DNA from: Candidatus Latescibacterota bacterium
GTDB lineage: Bacteria > Latescibacterota > UBA2968 > UBA8231
DNA: 64,000 nucleotides
Assembly: GCA_965208105.1 (NCBI GenBank)
Contig: OZ242318.1
Location: 4,768,001 to 4,832,000 of the forward strand
Direction: 5' to 3'
In this document: piece by piece, positions 1 to 10,475 of the stretch
Numbering within the stretch: position 1 is the stretch's first letter
Layout: each line of letters starts with the position of its first letter
Notes under the pieces: model-generated
Told to the model about the DNA's origin: nothing
Databases searched by the model: none
The model's input: only the letters and a program-made list of their open reading frames with translations
Made by a program: the position numbers and the translations under genes

Positions 1-1
1 G

Positions 2-688
2 CCCTATGCCGGGCGCACCCTGGTTTGCGCCAGGGGCAGGATTCTCTACCACCATGTCGTTGGCGAGAGGCCGGCCCTCGCCGCTCCCAAGGAGGTGCGA
101 ACGCAGCCAGACGGCTCGCTCTACCTTGAATACATGCCCCTGTTGGAGGACCTGGAGACGGAGACTCTATGCAGCTCTGCGACGGGTCTTTCCTGTTTCG
201 AGGTGGCTGACTGGGGGGAGTGGGAGGAGCGCGAGGGAAGGATCAGGGGAAAGGCGGCAAACGTGGGGTCGTCCTGCCGGATCGCGGCAGGGGTCTCGGA
301 TTTCCACCTGACCTGCACCGTTCGGATGATCTCGGCAGTCGGGGGCGGCGTGGTTCTGCGCCATCGCGATAATCGCGGAGTATGGATCTATTTCAACCGC
401 AGACTGCTGCAAATGGAGATGGGTGGAGCGAGTTACCGGCCATTCATGGGTTGGTCCGGCCTCGGCGGAGGCGACAAGTGGAGATGCCTCCTGGAGCCGG
501 GCAGGGAATACAACCTGCGCTGTTTCGCGCGTGATGAACATTTCGAGCTCTATCTCGACAACCGCTGGATTTTCACCCTGGTCCTTGCAGACGAGGCCAG
601 GGTGGGCGATATCGAGCTGTTCGTCGAGGGGGGAGAAGTGGAGTTCTCGAATGTGCGCATAGCCTCGATCGAACCTCTGGGAGAGTAG
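2..688 (+). CDS. 5'-truncated protein, probably the C-terminal part of a GH32-like glycoside hydrolase (end of beta-propeller plus beta-sandwich)
   Basis: Frame is open from base 2 (PYAGRTLV...ALAAPKEVRTQPDGSLYL). The remainder is beta-rich, ending in a concanavalin-like 'YNLRCF..DEHFELYLDNR...GDIELFVEGGEVEFSNV'. Confidence 0.45.
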   Translation, partial: PYAGRTLVCARGRILYHHVVGERPALAAPKEVRTQPDGSLYLEYMPLLEDLETETLCSSATGLSCFEVADWGEWEEREGRIRGKAANVGSSCRIAAGVSDFHLTCTVRMISAVGGGVVLRHRDNRGVWIYFNRRLLQMEMGGASYRPFMGWSGLGGGDKWRCLLEPGREYNLRCFARDEHFELYLDNRWIFTLVLADEARVGDIELFVEGGEVEFSNVRIASIEPLGE

Positions 689-739
689 GTGGCGCCTGCC
701 CATTCCATCGACGCTCGACGGGGTTGACGGTGGGCCCGC

Positions 740-1855
740 TCAGCCTGGATCCTTTCCCTGGGCAGCCCAGGAATCGAAGGGGTTGTCGTCCCTGTCGAGC
801 GGCAGCGCGACCCTGCTCCCGGCCATGTGGGCGGCGTGGGCGGCCATTGCCCATTGGACGTGACGACGTGCGGCTTTCCCCTGCAGCAACTCGAATTCGG
901 GCTCGCGTCCCTCGATCAGGTCGATCATGGATTTGGCCATTCGGTGATGGGCATTTACCCATTTGTCGTCGTCCGGCGGCGGCTCGGCAGGAATTATCTC
1001 CCAGCGGTCGTCGTTGAAAAGGCGCGGGGCGACGCGCGGATGATAGTAGATGTCGGGCTCATTGCTCATGGGTCCGGGCAGGGAGAGGGTCCCTGCCGTG
1101 CCGTGAATGTCGATCCGATAGGGGCGCCGTTCGTCGTGGTCTCCCTCGTAGGATTCGCAGGCGGCGGCGAACCCTCCTTCGAACTGGTAGTAGGCTCTGA
1201 TTCCGTTCCCGGCAACCAGTCCCATCCCCTCTGCGCCTTGCTTCAAATCGGCAGGGGCGGCGTCGCGGCCGTTCACGGTAATGTGGGCGCTGCACCAAAG
1301 CGGCTGGCCCCAGACCTGGTCGAGGAAATCGAAGAAGTGCGGGTATAGATCGATGAACATCTGGTCGCCGCCGTGGGGGCCGTCCATGCAGTGAATGCGG
1401 CCCAAGCGAGGCTCGCCGATCTTTCCTTCCTTGATGAGCGGAATGGCGACGTGCTGGATAGGGGGATGGCCGCGCCAGGGACAGGCGAGGACGAGCAACT
1501 TGCCATTTTTCTCACAAGCGGAGACCATCCGGTCGACCTCGGCGGGAGTAGCGGCGATCGGTTTTTCGAGATAGACGTGGGTGCCGAGTTCTCCTGCGGT
1601 GGTGACCAACTGGCAATGGTCGCCCATTTCGCGCGAAGCAACGACCGTGATGTCAGGTCGCTCCTTTTCGAGCATCTCCCGGAAATCGGCATATCCGCTT
1701 TTGGCACCTGTTTTTTCCAGGGCTATCCTGCGCCCTGCATCGTCCGGGTCGGCCAGAGCGACAATTTCGGCACCTTCGACCCCGACGAAGGCCAGGTCCA
1801 GAAAATGGCCATAGTTGCCACGGCCGGTATGTCCAACTATTGCGACCCTCTGCAT
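740..1855 (-). CDS. Gfo/Idh/MocA family oxidoreductase
   Basis: N-terminal Rossmann 'RVAIVGHTGRGNYGH'; 'HVYLEKPIA' motif. Confidence 0.9.
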   Translation of the reverse strand: MQRVAIVGHTGRGNYGHFLDLAFVGVEGAEIVALADPDDAGRRIALEKTGAKSGYADFREMLEKERPDITVVASREMGDHCQLVTTAGELGTHVYLEKPIAATPAEVDRMVSACEKNGKLLVLACPWRGHPPIQHVAIPLIKEGKIGEPRLGRIHCMDGPHGGDQMFIDLYPHFFDFLDQVWGQPLWCSAHITVNGRDAAPADLKQGAEGMGLVAGNGIRAYYQFEGGFAAACESYEGDHDERRPYRIDIHGTAGTLSLPGPMSNEPDIYYHPRVAPRLFNDDRWEIIPAEPPPDDDKWVNAHHRMAKSMIDLIEGREPEFELLQGKAARRHVQWAMAAHAAHMAGSRVALPLDRDDNPFDSWAAQGKDPG

Positions 1856-1874
1856 ATCTTCCTCCCGAAATGTC

Positions 1875-2882
1875 CTACAACCTGACGGCTCTGCGGCTCT
1901 CGAACGACTCGTAGATCGCGTCGATGATCTTCATCTGAGCAATGCTGTTCTGCGCGGAGATGCACGGTTCGGTCTTGCCATCGAGGACATCGCACATGTG
2001 CTCGAGCTGTGGCTGGAACTGGTTGACTGGATCGAAATGATAGCGCTCGGTCCTGCCCGTGGTCCGGTGGTCCAGCCAGGTGGGCACGGTCTCGTTGTTC
2101 CAGGCAGATTCGGTCTTGAGGATTCCGGTTGTGCCCATGACCTCGAATTCCTGGCTCGAGCTGGTCTCGAACCCGACGGTGATCTGGGCGATACCCCCGC
2201 CGGGAAAAACCAGTTGGATATTGGCGCTGTCGTCCACCTCGAAGCCGGACCGTCCGGTGGCGAACACCTCGACAGGTTCCTCTCCTATCACCCACCGGGC
2301 ATGGTGGATATTGTAGCAGGCGAGGTCGAAGATACTGCCGCCGCCTTTCTTCTTGTTGAATCTCCAGTTTACATCGGGCTTGCGTGCGACGGATGCCTTG
2401 TTGGTGCAGAAAGTACTGCGGACGGTCATTGGTTGGCCGACTTTTCCGGCTTCGACGAGTCCAATGGCCTTGAGGTGCATGGGGTGATGACGGAATTTGA
2501 AGGCCTCGACGATTACGGCCTCGCCGTCGTTCACCGCCTCGACCAGGCGTTCGGCTTGCGAGGCCGTTTGGGTGAATGGTTTCTCGCAAAGGATGGCCCT
2601 GACTTTCCCCGATTTGGCAAGGCGGGCTCCGATTTCGGCGTGGTAGGAGCCCCAGGTACAGATGATGGCCAGGTCGATCTCCTGCTCTGCCAGCATCCGA
2701 TCCAGGTCGAGATAGGTGGACTCGACCTCCGGGAAGAGTTCCTGGTATCCGTCAATGGATTTCTGCGATATGTCGCAGACGGCCACTATGCGGGCCCGGT
2801 CGGTGAGAGAGCAGGCAACCGAGTGTGAGCGAGAAATGCCGCCTACTCCGACCAGAGCAACGCGATATGGTGATAAGGACAT
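1875..2882 (-). CDS. Gfo/Idh/MocA family oxidoreductase
   Basis: 'RVALVGVGGIS', 'ILCEKPF', 'GGGSIFDLACY'. Start moved to ATG 2882 (MSLSPY). Confidence 0.9.
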   Translation of the reverse strand: MSLSPYRVALVGVGGISRSHSVACSLTDRARIVAVCDISQKSIDGYQELFPEVESTYLDLDRMLAEQEIDLAIICTWGSYHAEIGARLAKSGKVRAILCEKPFTQTASQAERLVEAVNDGEAVIVEAFKFRHHPMHLKAIGLVEAGKVGQPMTVRSTFCTNKASVARKPDVNWRFNKKKGGGSIFDLACYNIHHARWVIGEEPVEVFATGRSGFEVDDSANIQLVFPGGGIAQITVGFETSSSQEFEVMGTTGILKTESAWNNETVPTWLDHRTTGRTERYHFDPVNQFQPQLEHMCDVLDGKTEPCISAQNSIAQMKIIDAIYESFESRRAVRL

Positions 2883-2964
2883 GTGCTTCCGCCAGTTTGG
2901 ATGGAAAGCATACGAAGATCGCAGATGGAGAGCAAGCATGCATAGCCTCCGTCGGAGTCGGTCG

Positions 2965-4311
2965 CTAGGCGCAAGCGCGCTTCCACCGCGAGCAGATGAA
3001 TTGGGACAAGGCATAGGCCAACATCCCACCCAGAATGTTGGCGAGGGCGATTCCCCACAACAACCCAGGCAGTCCGGCGGTACGGCCACCCGCGAAGGCG
3101 AGGGGGACATAGAACAGAAACATGTGTATCAGCGTCTGCAGCGCTGCGGCCCGGGGCCGTCCTATTGCGTTCAGTGTTTCCTCGCTGACATTCAGCACTC
3201 CGTAGAGGGCGTAGCCGAAGGGGATGATCCACAGATAGCGGACGATTTCGCGTTGAACGGCCGGTTCGGCGCTGAAAATGGCGGCCAGGGGTTCTCCCGC
3301 CAGCCGCAGCAGTCCGAGCATAGCCACTCCCCAGGCGAGAGAGAAAAGATAGCCGTATCGCCGCGCCTGATGGACTCTGGAGTACTCCCGGGCGCCCCAG
3401 TTCTGTCCCACCAGGGGAACCAGGGCTGAGCAGACGGCGGAAACCGGTATCAGGGCGAATGCCGATATGCGCTCCCCGGCCCCCCAGGCGGCAACCGCTG
3501 GAGCACCGAATTGGGCGATCAGGCGCGTGGCGATTCCCATAGCCACCGGTTGCATGAAATTTGTCGCCGCGGTGGGCACCGCAATGCCCAGGACTGCCCT
3601 CCAGGAGCGCCAGACATGGGCGAGACTGGGAGGACGGAAGTCGAGCATGCGATCGCGGTAGTGAAGGATGGCCAGGGAGGCCACCATGGTGCCGGCGCGG
3701 GCGATGACCGTCGCCCACGCCGCGCCTTTGAGTTCCATCCGCGGGAAGCCGAACCAGCCGAAAATCAGGATCGGGTCCAGAGCCAGGTTGGTCAGCATGG
3801 AAGCCACCATGATCATCGCAGGGAAGCGGGTATCGCCCCCTGCCCGGATGGAGGCATTGGCGACCATTGGCACCACCAGAAAGGCAACACCGCCGTACCA
3901 GATCAGCATGTAGTCGCGGATGAGCGGAAGGATGTCCGGACCTGCTCCGAGCAGGCGGAACAAAGGGTCGATTGTAAGCATGCCCAACCCCGCAAGGAGG
4001 GCTACAACAAGGAAGGAAAGAGCAATACTGTCCGAAGCCAGCCGGCGGACCGCTGCCTCATTGCCTGCTCCAATGGCGCGCGAAACCTCCGAGGTCGTGC
4101 CGGTACTCAGGGAGAAAGATACGCCCAGCAACACCATGACCACGGGGAAGGTGAAGCTCATCGCCGCCAGGTGCCTGGTCCCCAGTTGCGCAACGAAGTA
4201 GGTATCGGCCAGGTTGAAGAAAAAAATGGAAAGGAGGCCGATGGTCATCGGGCCGGCCAGACGGATAATCACCCTCGATACGGGTCCCTGGGTAAGTCTG
4301 GCTCGATTCAT
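2965..4311 (-). CDS. MATE family efflux transporter
   Basis: 'LTQGPVSRVIIRLAGP..NLADTYFVAQLG', 'NLALDPILIFG..GAAWATVIA'; about 12 hydrophobic segments. Confidence 0.93.
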   Translation of the reverse strand: MNRARLTQGPVSRVIIRLAGPMTIGLLSIFFFNLADTYFVAQLGTRHLAAMSFTFPVVMVLLGVSFSLSTGTTSEVSRAIGAGNEAAVRRLASDSIALSFLVVALLAGLGMLTIDPLFRLLGAGPDILPLIRDYMLIWYGGVAFLVVPMVANASIRAGGDTRFPAMIMVASMLTNLALDPILIFGWFGFPRMELKGAAWATVIARAGTMVASLAILHYRDRMLDFRPPSLAHVWRSWRAVLGIAVPTAATNFMQPVAMGIATRLIAQFGAPAVAAWGAGERISAFALIPVSAVCSALVPLVGQNWGAREYSRVHQARRYGYLFSLAWGVAMLGLLRLAGEPLAAIFSAEPAVQREIVRYLWIIPFGYALYGVLNVSEETLNAIGRPRAAALQTLIHMFLFYVPLAFAGGRTAGLPGLLWGIALANILGGMLAYALSQFICSRWKRACA

Positions 4312-4459
4312 GCCACCTGCCGTCGTCCTCCGCTTCGAGCCCGCTCTTTCGCGCCGGGAGGAGTGCCGGCTGCCGGCCGGCCTTCCAATGGCCGTCCATT
4401 GCGCCAATGAGCGGTTGACCTGGGAGTAATCGGCACAGCTTCTCCCTTGGAGGCGGTAC

Positions 4460-4625
4460 TATCAGCCCGTTGAAATAGTCCATCCGGGCTGCGGCCGGCC
4501 CTGGCGTTCGAATACGGCGTTGCGCTCCCTCCCCGAATCCCCTCGATTCGCCTCGGTCGCACGCCTTGCCTTCGACCGCCATGCCTCGGCCTCGCCTGCA
4601 GAGCAACTTTATCAACGGGCTGCTA
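4460..4625. mobile_element. 166-bp TA-bounded hairpin/MITE-like element, copy 1
   Basis: 11-bp TIR CAGCCCGTTGA (4463-4473) / TCAACGGGCTG (4612-4622) with TA at both ends. Minus-strand core GCAAGGCG...GCAACGCCG is shared with the elements at 22886 and 40648. Confidence 0.75.
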
Positions 4626-6254
4626 TGGGCTGGTTGGTTCTTCCTTGACCATCACTTCGATGAGCGCCGGGCGGCCCTCGAGGTTTGCTCTAGCTCCTCG
4701 GTCGAAGGCTGGAACGAGCTGCTCCGGGGTTTCGACCCGTTCGCTGTGGGCGCCGAGGGCCGCGCCTATTCTGGCATAGTCTCCGGTCAAGCGGTTGCTG
4801 CCCCAGCGCTCGGTGGCAGCGGGCATGTAGTGGGAATAGTTGGTCATCAGGCCATTGTTCAGGACGACTGTCATAATGGGGATTTCCGCCCGCGCACCCG
4901 TCTCGACATCCATTCCCGCCATTCCGAAGGATGCGTCTCCCATGATGTTGATGACCTGTTTCTCCGGCGCCGCCAGCTTTGCCCCAAGCGCCAGTCCCAA
5001 CCCGTAGCCGAGCTGGGTCGACTTGCCCCATCCAAGATATCCCCTCGGCGCGACCGGCTCCCAGAACGGAACGAACTGGTCGCGGGGAAATCCCGAGTCG
5101 TGAGTGACGATCGCGTTGGCGGCGTCAACTGCCTTGGCCAGCTCGGTGATTACCCTGTAGGGGTTGATGGGGACCTCGTCGGAGTGCAGCTTGGCGCCCC
5201 ACTCCGCCAGGAATGCCCGCTTCGAGCTGGCAATAGCGGGGGCGATGTCACGGCGGTCCCCGCGTCGCTTCTCACCTCCCTGGCGCTTCACCTCCTCGAT
5301 CATCTGGCGCAGGACAATCCTCGCGTCGCCAATCGCACCGCAGCGCACGTTGCGGTTTTTGCCAAGGTCCTCGGCGCAGTTGGTTACCTGCCCCAGGGTG
5401 ACTCCTTCGGGCATGGAGGTATTGAAATGATTGTTGGAGAAACTGGTCCCCAGGCCGAGCACGAAGTCGGTCTTGTCGAGAAAATGACGCACCATGCCGG
5501 TGGCGGAATATGCGCCAGCGCCCAGTGCCAGGGGATGGGTTTCGGGGAATGAGCTCTTGCCGGCCAGGGTTGTGAGCACCGGAATCCGGGTCAGCTCGGC
5601 GAAGGCAAGCAGTTCGGGGGCTGCCTCGGCCCACAGTACACCGTGGCCGGCGTTGATGAGGGGAAAGGAGGCCTCCAGCAAGGTCTTGACCAGGTCTCGC
5701 ACATCGTCGGCATCGCCGGCAGACTTGAATGATCTCGAAGGCAGGTAGTCGAAGCCGGCGTCGGGGAAGGTCTCGGCGCCAACATCCACCGGAGTCTCCA
5801 AAAGGACCGGACCCGGCCGCCCGTGCTTCAGCTGGCTGAAGGCCATGTGCATGAATTCGGGGATACGGCTTGCCATGTTGACGTGGGCCGACCACTTGGT
5901 TATGCCGCGGTAGTTTTCAACAGAATCAAAGTTGGGGTGGGATTGGTTGACCGGACGCGCGTGCCCGGCAGGCAGCACCAGAATCGGAATGGAGTCGGCG
6001 TAGGCCTGCGCCACGCCGCCGTAGGCGTTTTCGGCTCCCGGACCTTGTTGCATGACGAATACGCCGAACCTCCTGCCGTTGGCGACCCGGCTGAAGCCAT
6101 CGGCTATATTCACGCCCGTTCTTTCATGGCGGGAGATGATCGGCCGTATGCCCTCTTTGACCACCGCGTCGATCAGCGCGTTGTTGGGAAATGCTGCGAC
6201 CCACTCGACCCCTTCGGCTTTCAGAATCTTCGCCAATACCTCGTTGCCCGTCAC
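4623..6254 (-). CDS. Thiamine pyrophosphate-dependent enzyme (acetolactate synthase-like)
   Basis: 'RHERTGVNIADGFSR', 'QQGPGAEN', TPP motif 'MGDASFGM...VLNN'. Confidence 0.9.
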   Translation of the reverse strand: MTGNEVLAKILKAEGVEWVAAFPNNALIDAVVKEGIRPIISRHERTGVNIADGFSRVANGRRFGVFVMQQGPGAENAYGGVAQAYADSIPILVLPAGHARPVNQSHPNFDSVENYRGITKWSAHVNMASRIPEFMHMAFSQLKHGRPGPVLLETPVDVGAETFPDAGFDYLPSRSFKSAGDADDVRDLVKTLLEASFPLINAGHGVLWAEAAPELLAFAELTRIPVLTTLAGKSSFPETHPLALGAGAYSATGMVRHFLDKTDFVLGLGTSFSNNHFNTSMPEGVTLGQVTNCAEDLGKNRNVRCGAIGDARIVLRQMIEEVKRQGGEKRRGDRRDIAPAIASSKRAFLAEWGAKLHSDEVPINPYRVITELAKAVDAANAIVTHDSGFPRDQFVPFWEPVAPRGYLGWGKSTQLGYGLGLALGAKLAAPEKQVINIMGDASFGMAGMDVETGARAEIPIMTVVLNNGLMTNYSHYMPAATERWGSNRLTGDYARIGAALGAHSERVETPEQLVPAFDRGARANLEGRPALIEVMVKEEPTSP

Positions 6255-6393
6255 GGTTCACCGTCCTGTAGGTTTGAATTTCGGAGCATGCCACGGCTGC
6301 TGGATCGCCCGGGGAAAAGAACGGCACCCGGCGATGAATTTCTCCGCGGGAACCATCCTCGGTAGTTCGTCCGGAGTTTCCAATCGGCGGCAA

Positions 6394-7155
6394 TCAAGCC
6401 GGCCCATCCACCCCGAAGGCGCGCATGTAAATGCGCGTGATCTCGTTCAGATTGCCGTAAAAGGACCGCACCTCCGGATCGAGGTGATACTTCCAGAAGG
6501 ATGGAGGGATCAACGAGTCATTGGCCAGGTAAGGGCGTCCCCGGTGGCCATAGTAGACCTGCACGGTCTTGCGCTCATTGCGGGTCGGGCGGGTGGTGGC
6601 GGTGTGCAGCAGCGCCACGTTGAAGAGGCATACCGTGCCGGCCGCGCCGTGGATATGGACGCAGCCGGCGCGCTGGAGCTGTTTTGCGTTGTCATCCAGG
6701 ACCGGATCGTCGATGGACTCGGGCGAAATTGAGAAGCAGTGGGTGGTCTGGTCGACATCCGTGAGGTAGAGCATGAGTTGTATATAGTCCATGCGCAGGG
6801 GATGAGCGTTCCAGTGTGGACGATCGCGGTGCCAGTGCTGCTTGACCTCGCCGTCGTATGGTCCCATGGAGCGAATGCCGATCTCACCGAAGCAGACGGG
6901 GCCGCCCATGAGCTCTTCAACGGCCTGCATGATGCGAGGATGGCGGACCACTGCGTCGAACTCAGGAGTGGTTACCAGGGCGTCGTAGTTGCCGTCCTGG
7001 GTGCCCCGTCGCATCCACCGAAAGGGGGCCTTCTTGCGATCGGCGTCGAAAAGACCGACGAACTCCCCTATTTCACGGGGATTCAGCAGGTCGGTGCGAA
7101 CCAGGTATCCCTTGTGGCGGAAGAAGTCCAGGTTATCTTGGGTGAGGATGGTCAT
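6394..7155 (-). CDS. Phytanoyl-CoA dioxygenase (PhyH)-family Fe(II)/2OG enzyme, canonical HxD...H
   Basis: 'FFRHKGYLV', 'WHRD', 'AGTVCLFNVALLH', 'ERK'. Confidence 0.85.
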   Translation of the reverse strand: MTILTQDNLDFFRHKGYLVRTDLLNPREIGEFVGLFDADRKKAPFRWMRRGTQDGNYDALVTTPEFDAVVRHPRIMQAVEELMGGPVCFGEIGIRSMGPYDGEVKQHWHRDRPHWNAHPLRMDYIQLMLYLTDVDQTTHCFSISPESIDDPVLDDNAKQLQRAGCVHIHGAAGTVCLFNVALLHTATTRPTRNERKTVQVYYGHRGRPYLANDSLIPPSFWKYHLDPEVRSFYGNLNEITRIYMRAFGVDGPA

Positions 7156-7445
7156 TTTGAAAGTGGCCTGGTCATGTAAGGGGAATTTATCGGCAGGGCA
7201 GGCCCATGCTGTGGCCGGCCGGACGAATATCATAGGCAACTTCGCTGCGGCAGTCCAGGCCGATGGAAACCTTCAGGCCGGAAAGGGAGCCCGGTTCCAT
7301 GGGGTAGACAGCCTCTGACCGGGCCCGGCGGACGACAGGGAGAAGGATCGTGAAAATAGCGGCAACAATCGGCTGGAAACTCGATGCGGCGAAGCCCGCC
7401 CAAAGGTAGGAGGGCCATGGTGCAAATTATCCACGGAGTGCGGAA

Positions 7446-8747
7446 ATGGACCTGACCAGGCAACCTCCACGCCGCCCTTCGAACGACAGTGTCGCCGGAA
7501 TTGTCGGGCTGGCGCGCATGATCGACAAGGCGCGCGGCCACAACGCCGGCACCATTGGCGAGTTCAAGTACGGAGACGACTCGGGCCTCGATGCCGAGGT
7601 TCTCCGATTCATCAACATGGAAGCCGCCGAGTTCGCCAGGTCGGCCGGCGAACTGGACGACGATTCCCTGGGCGAGCTGGCCCTGGATAAGGCCCGGAAG
7701 AGCCAGGCGGCGATCGCTGCCTTCAACGAGGAACACCTGACCCGCGAGCCCCAGGACGAATTGCACCATCGGCTGCTCGCGGAGCGGGTCGCCAGGTACG
7801 CCCCGGACCGCAGGGACGTCAGGACGGTGTTCTCCTCCATTGAATTGGATGACTGGGGGGCGTTCAGGGACTCGGACCTGACCCGCGAGCCTCCGCGCAG
7901 TCCCTATGTCCGCAGTGTATTCGGTGTGTTTGGAGCGGCCCGAATGGCCGACAAGGCCCGTGCAGCAACGTGCGGAAAGCTGGGCGAGTACCGCTATGGG
8001 GTCGATTCGGGCCAGGACAGGGCGATTCTGGACTTTCTGGGCCTGGACCAGGAGGTCTTTTGCCGAGTTGCGCGTGGAAATCCCAACGACGACGAGCTGA
8101 GTGAGGAAATCGCTCGCCGTTGCGGAAAATCGCCCGCCGAAAAAAGCGTTTTCAACGTCCGGCAGGCCAACCTCGGCCGCAGCGGGGCGATGCGCCAGCG
8201 GCTGGAAAGGCGCCGCTCGGAGGTCGCCCCCCAGTGCGGGGAAATCGAGACTTTCTTCGACCTGCAGGACCTCGACGACGAGTTGAGCTTCGGCTTGACC
8301 GACCTGCGCCGGCACCCGCCGCGCAGTCCCTTCGACCTGGGCGTCGGTGGCCTCGCCTGCCTGGCGCGGATGATCGACAAGTTCAGGGCGGCGCGCTGCA
8401 ATTGCCTGGGAGGGTACTGGTACGGGGAGGATTCAGGTCTGGACCGGGCGGTCCTCGAATTTCTCGGTATCGACCCGAAGATCTTCGCCGGGGCCATTGC
8501 CTCCTGCGCAAGCGACGAGGAGGTGACGGAGTGGCTCGATAGCCGGCTGTCAGGCAAAAGCGACAGTGAGAAGGCGCGCTTCAACGAAGGGCTGCTGGCA
8601 TTTGGTCCGCGCAGCGAAGGTCACTGGCGCTTCCTGCGCGGATCCCTTGCCCGGCTCGACCCATCGCGCACCGATATTCAAACCTTCGCCGCCCTTGTCC
8701 TCCTCGACGACAGGCTGACCTTTGCGAGGCTCAAGGCCGGCGTTTGA
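7446..8747 (+). CDS. Protein of three tandem DUF5069-like domains
   Basis: Three units of about 140 aa, each 'DL.R.PPR.P....G...LARMxDK.R......G.Y.YG.DSGLD...L.F...FN...T...LDD'. Confidence 0.8.
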   Translation: MDLTRQPPRRPSNDSVAGIVGLARMIDKARGHNAGTIGEFKYGDDSGLDAEVLRFINMEAAEFARSAGELDDDSLGELALDKARKSQAAIAAFNEEHLTREPQDELHHRLLAERVARYAPDRRDVRTVFSSIELDDWGAFRDSDLTREPPRSPYVRSVFGVFGAARMADKARAATCGKLGEYRYGVDSGQDRAILDFLGLDQEVFCRVARGNPNDDELSEEIARRCGKSPAEKSVFNVRQANLGRSGAMRQRLERRRSEVAPQCGEIETFFDLQDLDDELSFGLTDLRRHPPRSPFDLGVGGLACLARMIDKFRAARCNCLGGYWYGEDSGLDRAVLEFLGIDPKIFAGAIASCASDEEVTEWLDSRLSGKSDSEKARFNEGLLAFGPRSEGHWRFLRGSLARLDPSRTDIQTFAALVLLDDRLTFARLKAGV

Positions 8748-8921
8748 GGACCCGACCCTTCACAGGAAGCGGGTGCGGGTGGAACCGCAAGGCACCCGTG
8801 ATGAGACCTCTCCAGCAGAAGAGTGACAACCTTCCGGAAGCTCGGTCCCCAGGTCAGGGCAAACAGCCATCATCAGCCGGGCACCGGCACTCCCTTCATC
8901 CTTTCGGAACCCTCCAGTCAG

Positions 8922-10475
8922 TCAGGGGGATTGGCGCACCTCGCGGCGCAACCCCGACCAGACGCAGAAGGCTAATCCGAGGAGGACAATCGCAAAGGGG
9001 AAGCCGGTGGCGAGGGAGGCGGCCTGCAGCGAGTTCAGACCTCCACCGAGCAGGAGGGCTATTGCGACCAGTCCCTCGATGGTGCACCAGAATACCCGTT
9101 GGGCTACCGGAGCGTCGATTCTGCCGCCCGCGGCTATGGTGTCCAGGATCAGTGATCCCGAATCCGAAGAGGTGACGAAGAACAGGACCGTCAGAAGAAT
9201 GGCGAAGGACGAAAGCAGCGTCCCCATGGGAAGCTCGTCGAACATCTTGAACAGGGCGATCTCCAGGCGCCAGGCCTCGACGTTCTCGGTCACCCCGGTA
9301 TATCCACCGACGATATGCTGGTGCAGTGCGGTGCCGCCGAAGGTGCCGAACCACAGCAGGCCGGCCGCCACCGGCAGGATCAGCACGAAAATCATGAATT
9401 CGCGCACCGTGCGTCCTTTTGAAATGCGGGCAATGAAGGTGCCGACGAATGGGGCCCAGGCGAGCCACCATGCCCAGTAGAAGGTCGTCCAGCCATGCAG
9501 AAAATCGGTGTCCTCCCGCCCTGCCCAGTTGCTGAGAGGGGCGATCTTGGCGAGATAGCTGCCGAGGGCGTCGACCATGCCGGCGAAGATGTAGAGGGTA
9601 GGTCCGAGCGCGATGACTGACCCCAGCAAAAGGAAGCCCAGGATCATGTTCCACTGGCTGAGCCGCTTGATACCGGAATCCAGACCTGCCAGCACCGATG
9701 CCAGGGCAACGGCGGTTATCCCAACGATCAGGACCACCATGGTGGTGCCGGTCGCTGGAACACCGAACAGGTAGTTCAGGCCCGAGGTCAGCTGCTTGAC
9801 CCCCAGCCCCAGGGAGGTGGCGAGCCCGAACAGGCCGGCGAAGATCGCGAAGGTATCGATTACGTGCCCGGGCCAGCCCCAGATGCGGTCGCCGAACAGG
9901 GGATAAAACCCGGAGCGAATGGTGAAGGGAAGTCCCCGGTTGTAGGCGAAGTACCCGAGCGCCAGTCCGACGAGCCCGTATATGCCCCAGCCGTGAAGCC
10001 CCCAGTGGAAGACCGTGGCCGCGATGCCGAGGGCTGCCGCCTCCCCGGTTCCGGCGGTAATTCCCAGCGGCGGGTGCATATAGTAGTAGACCGGTTCCGC
10101 AACCCCGTAGAACAGCAGGCCTATTCCCACCCCCGCCGCAAAGAGCATGGAAAACCAGGTGATGTAGGAGTACTCCGGTTCTGCTTCCCTCCCGCCCAGC
10201 CGCACCCTGCCCAGAGGAGAGATGGCCACGTACAGGCAAAAGAGAAGGATGAGGTTGGTGGTGGTCATGAAGAACCAGTCCAACCTGGTGGTGAGCCACT
10301 CGCGGGTGTTTCCGAAAACTTCCGTCGCCGCTTCCCTGAACAGCAGCGTCCCGATGAGGAAGGCGACAATGATGATTGCGGAAATCACGAACACCGGAGT
10401 CAGATGGATATCCATTCCAAAAAGCTTCCGGTACTCCCGGTGGATCGGCAGATTTGCGGTTTCTATTCCGGGCAT
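8922..10475 (-). CDS. BCCT family (betaine/choline/carnitine) transporter
   Basis: 'WFSMLFAAGVGIGLLFYGVAEP', 'FHWGLHGW', 'WTTFYWAWWLAWAPFVG.FIARISKGRT.REF'. Confidence 0.95.
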   Translation of the reverse strand: MPGIETANLPIHREYRKLFGMDIHLTPVFVISAIIIVAFLIGTLLFREAATEVFGNTREWLTTRLDWFFMTTTNLILLFCLYVAISPLGRVRLGGREAEPEYSYITWFSMLFAAGVGIGLLFYGVAEPVYYYMHPPLGITAGTGEAAALGIAATVFHWGLHGWGIYGLVGLALGYFAYNRGLPFTIRSGFYPLFGDRIWGWPGHVIDTFAIFAGLFGLATSLGLGVKQLTSGLNYLFGVPATGTTMVVLIVGITAVALASVLAGLDSGIKRLSQWNMILGFLLLGSVIALGPTLYIFAGMVDALGSYLAKIAPLSNWAGREDTDFLHGWTTFYWAWWLAWAPFVGTFIARISKGRTVREFMIFVLILPVAAGLLWFGTFGGTALHQHIVGGYTGVTENVEAWRLEIALFKMFDELPMGTLLSSFAILLTVLFFVTSSDSGSLILDTIAAGGRIDAPVAQRVFWCTIEGLVAIALLLGGGLNSLQAASLATGFPFAIVLLGLAFCVWSGLRREVRQSP

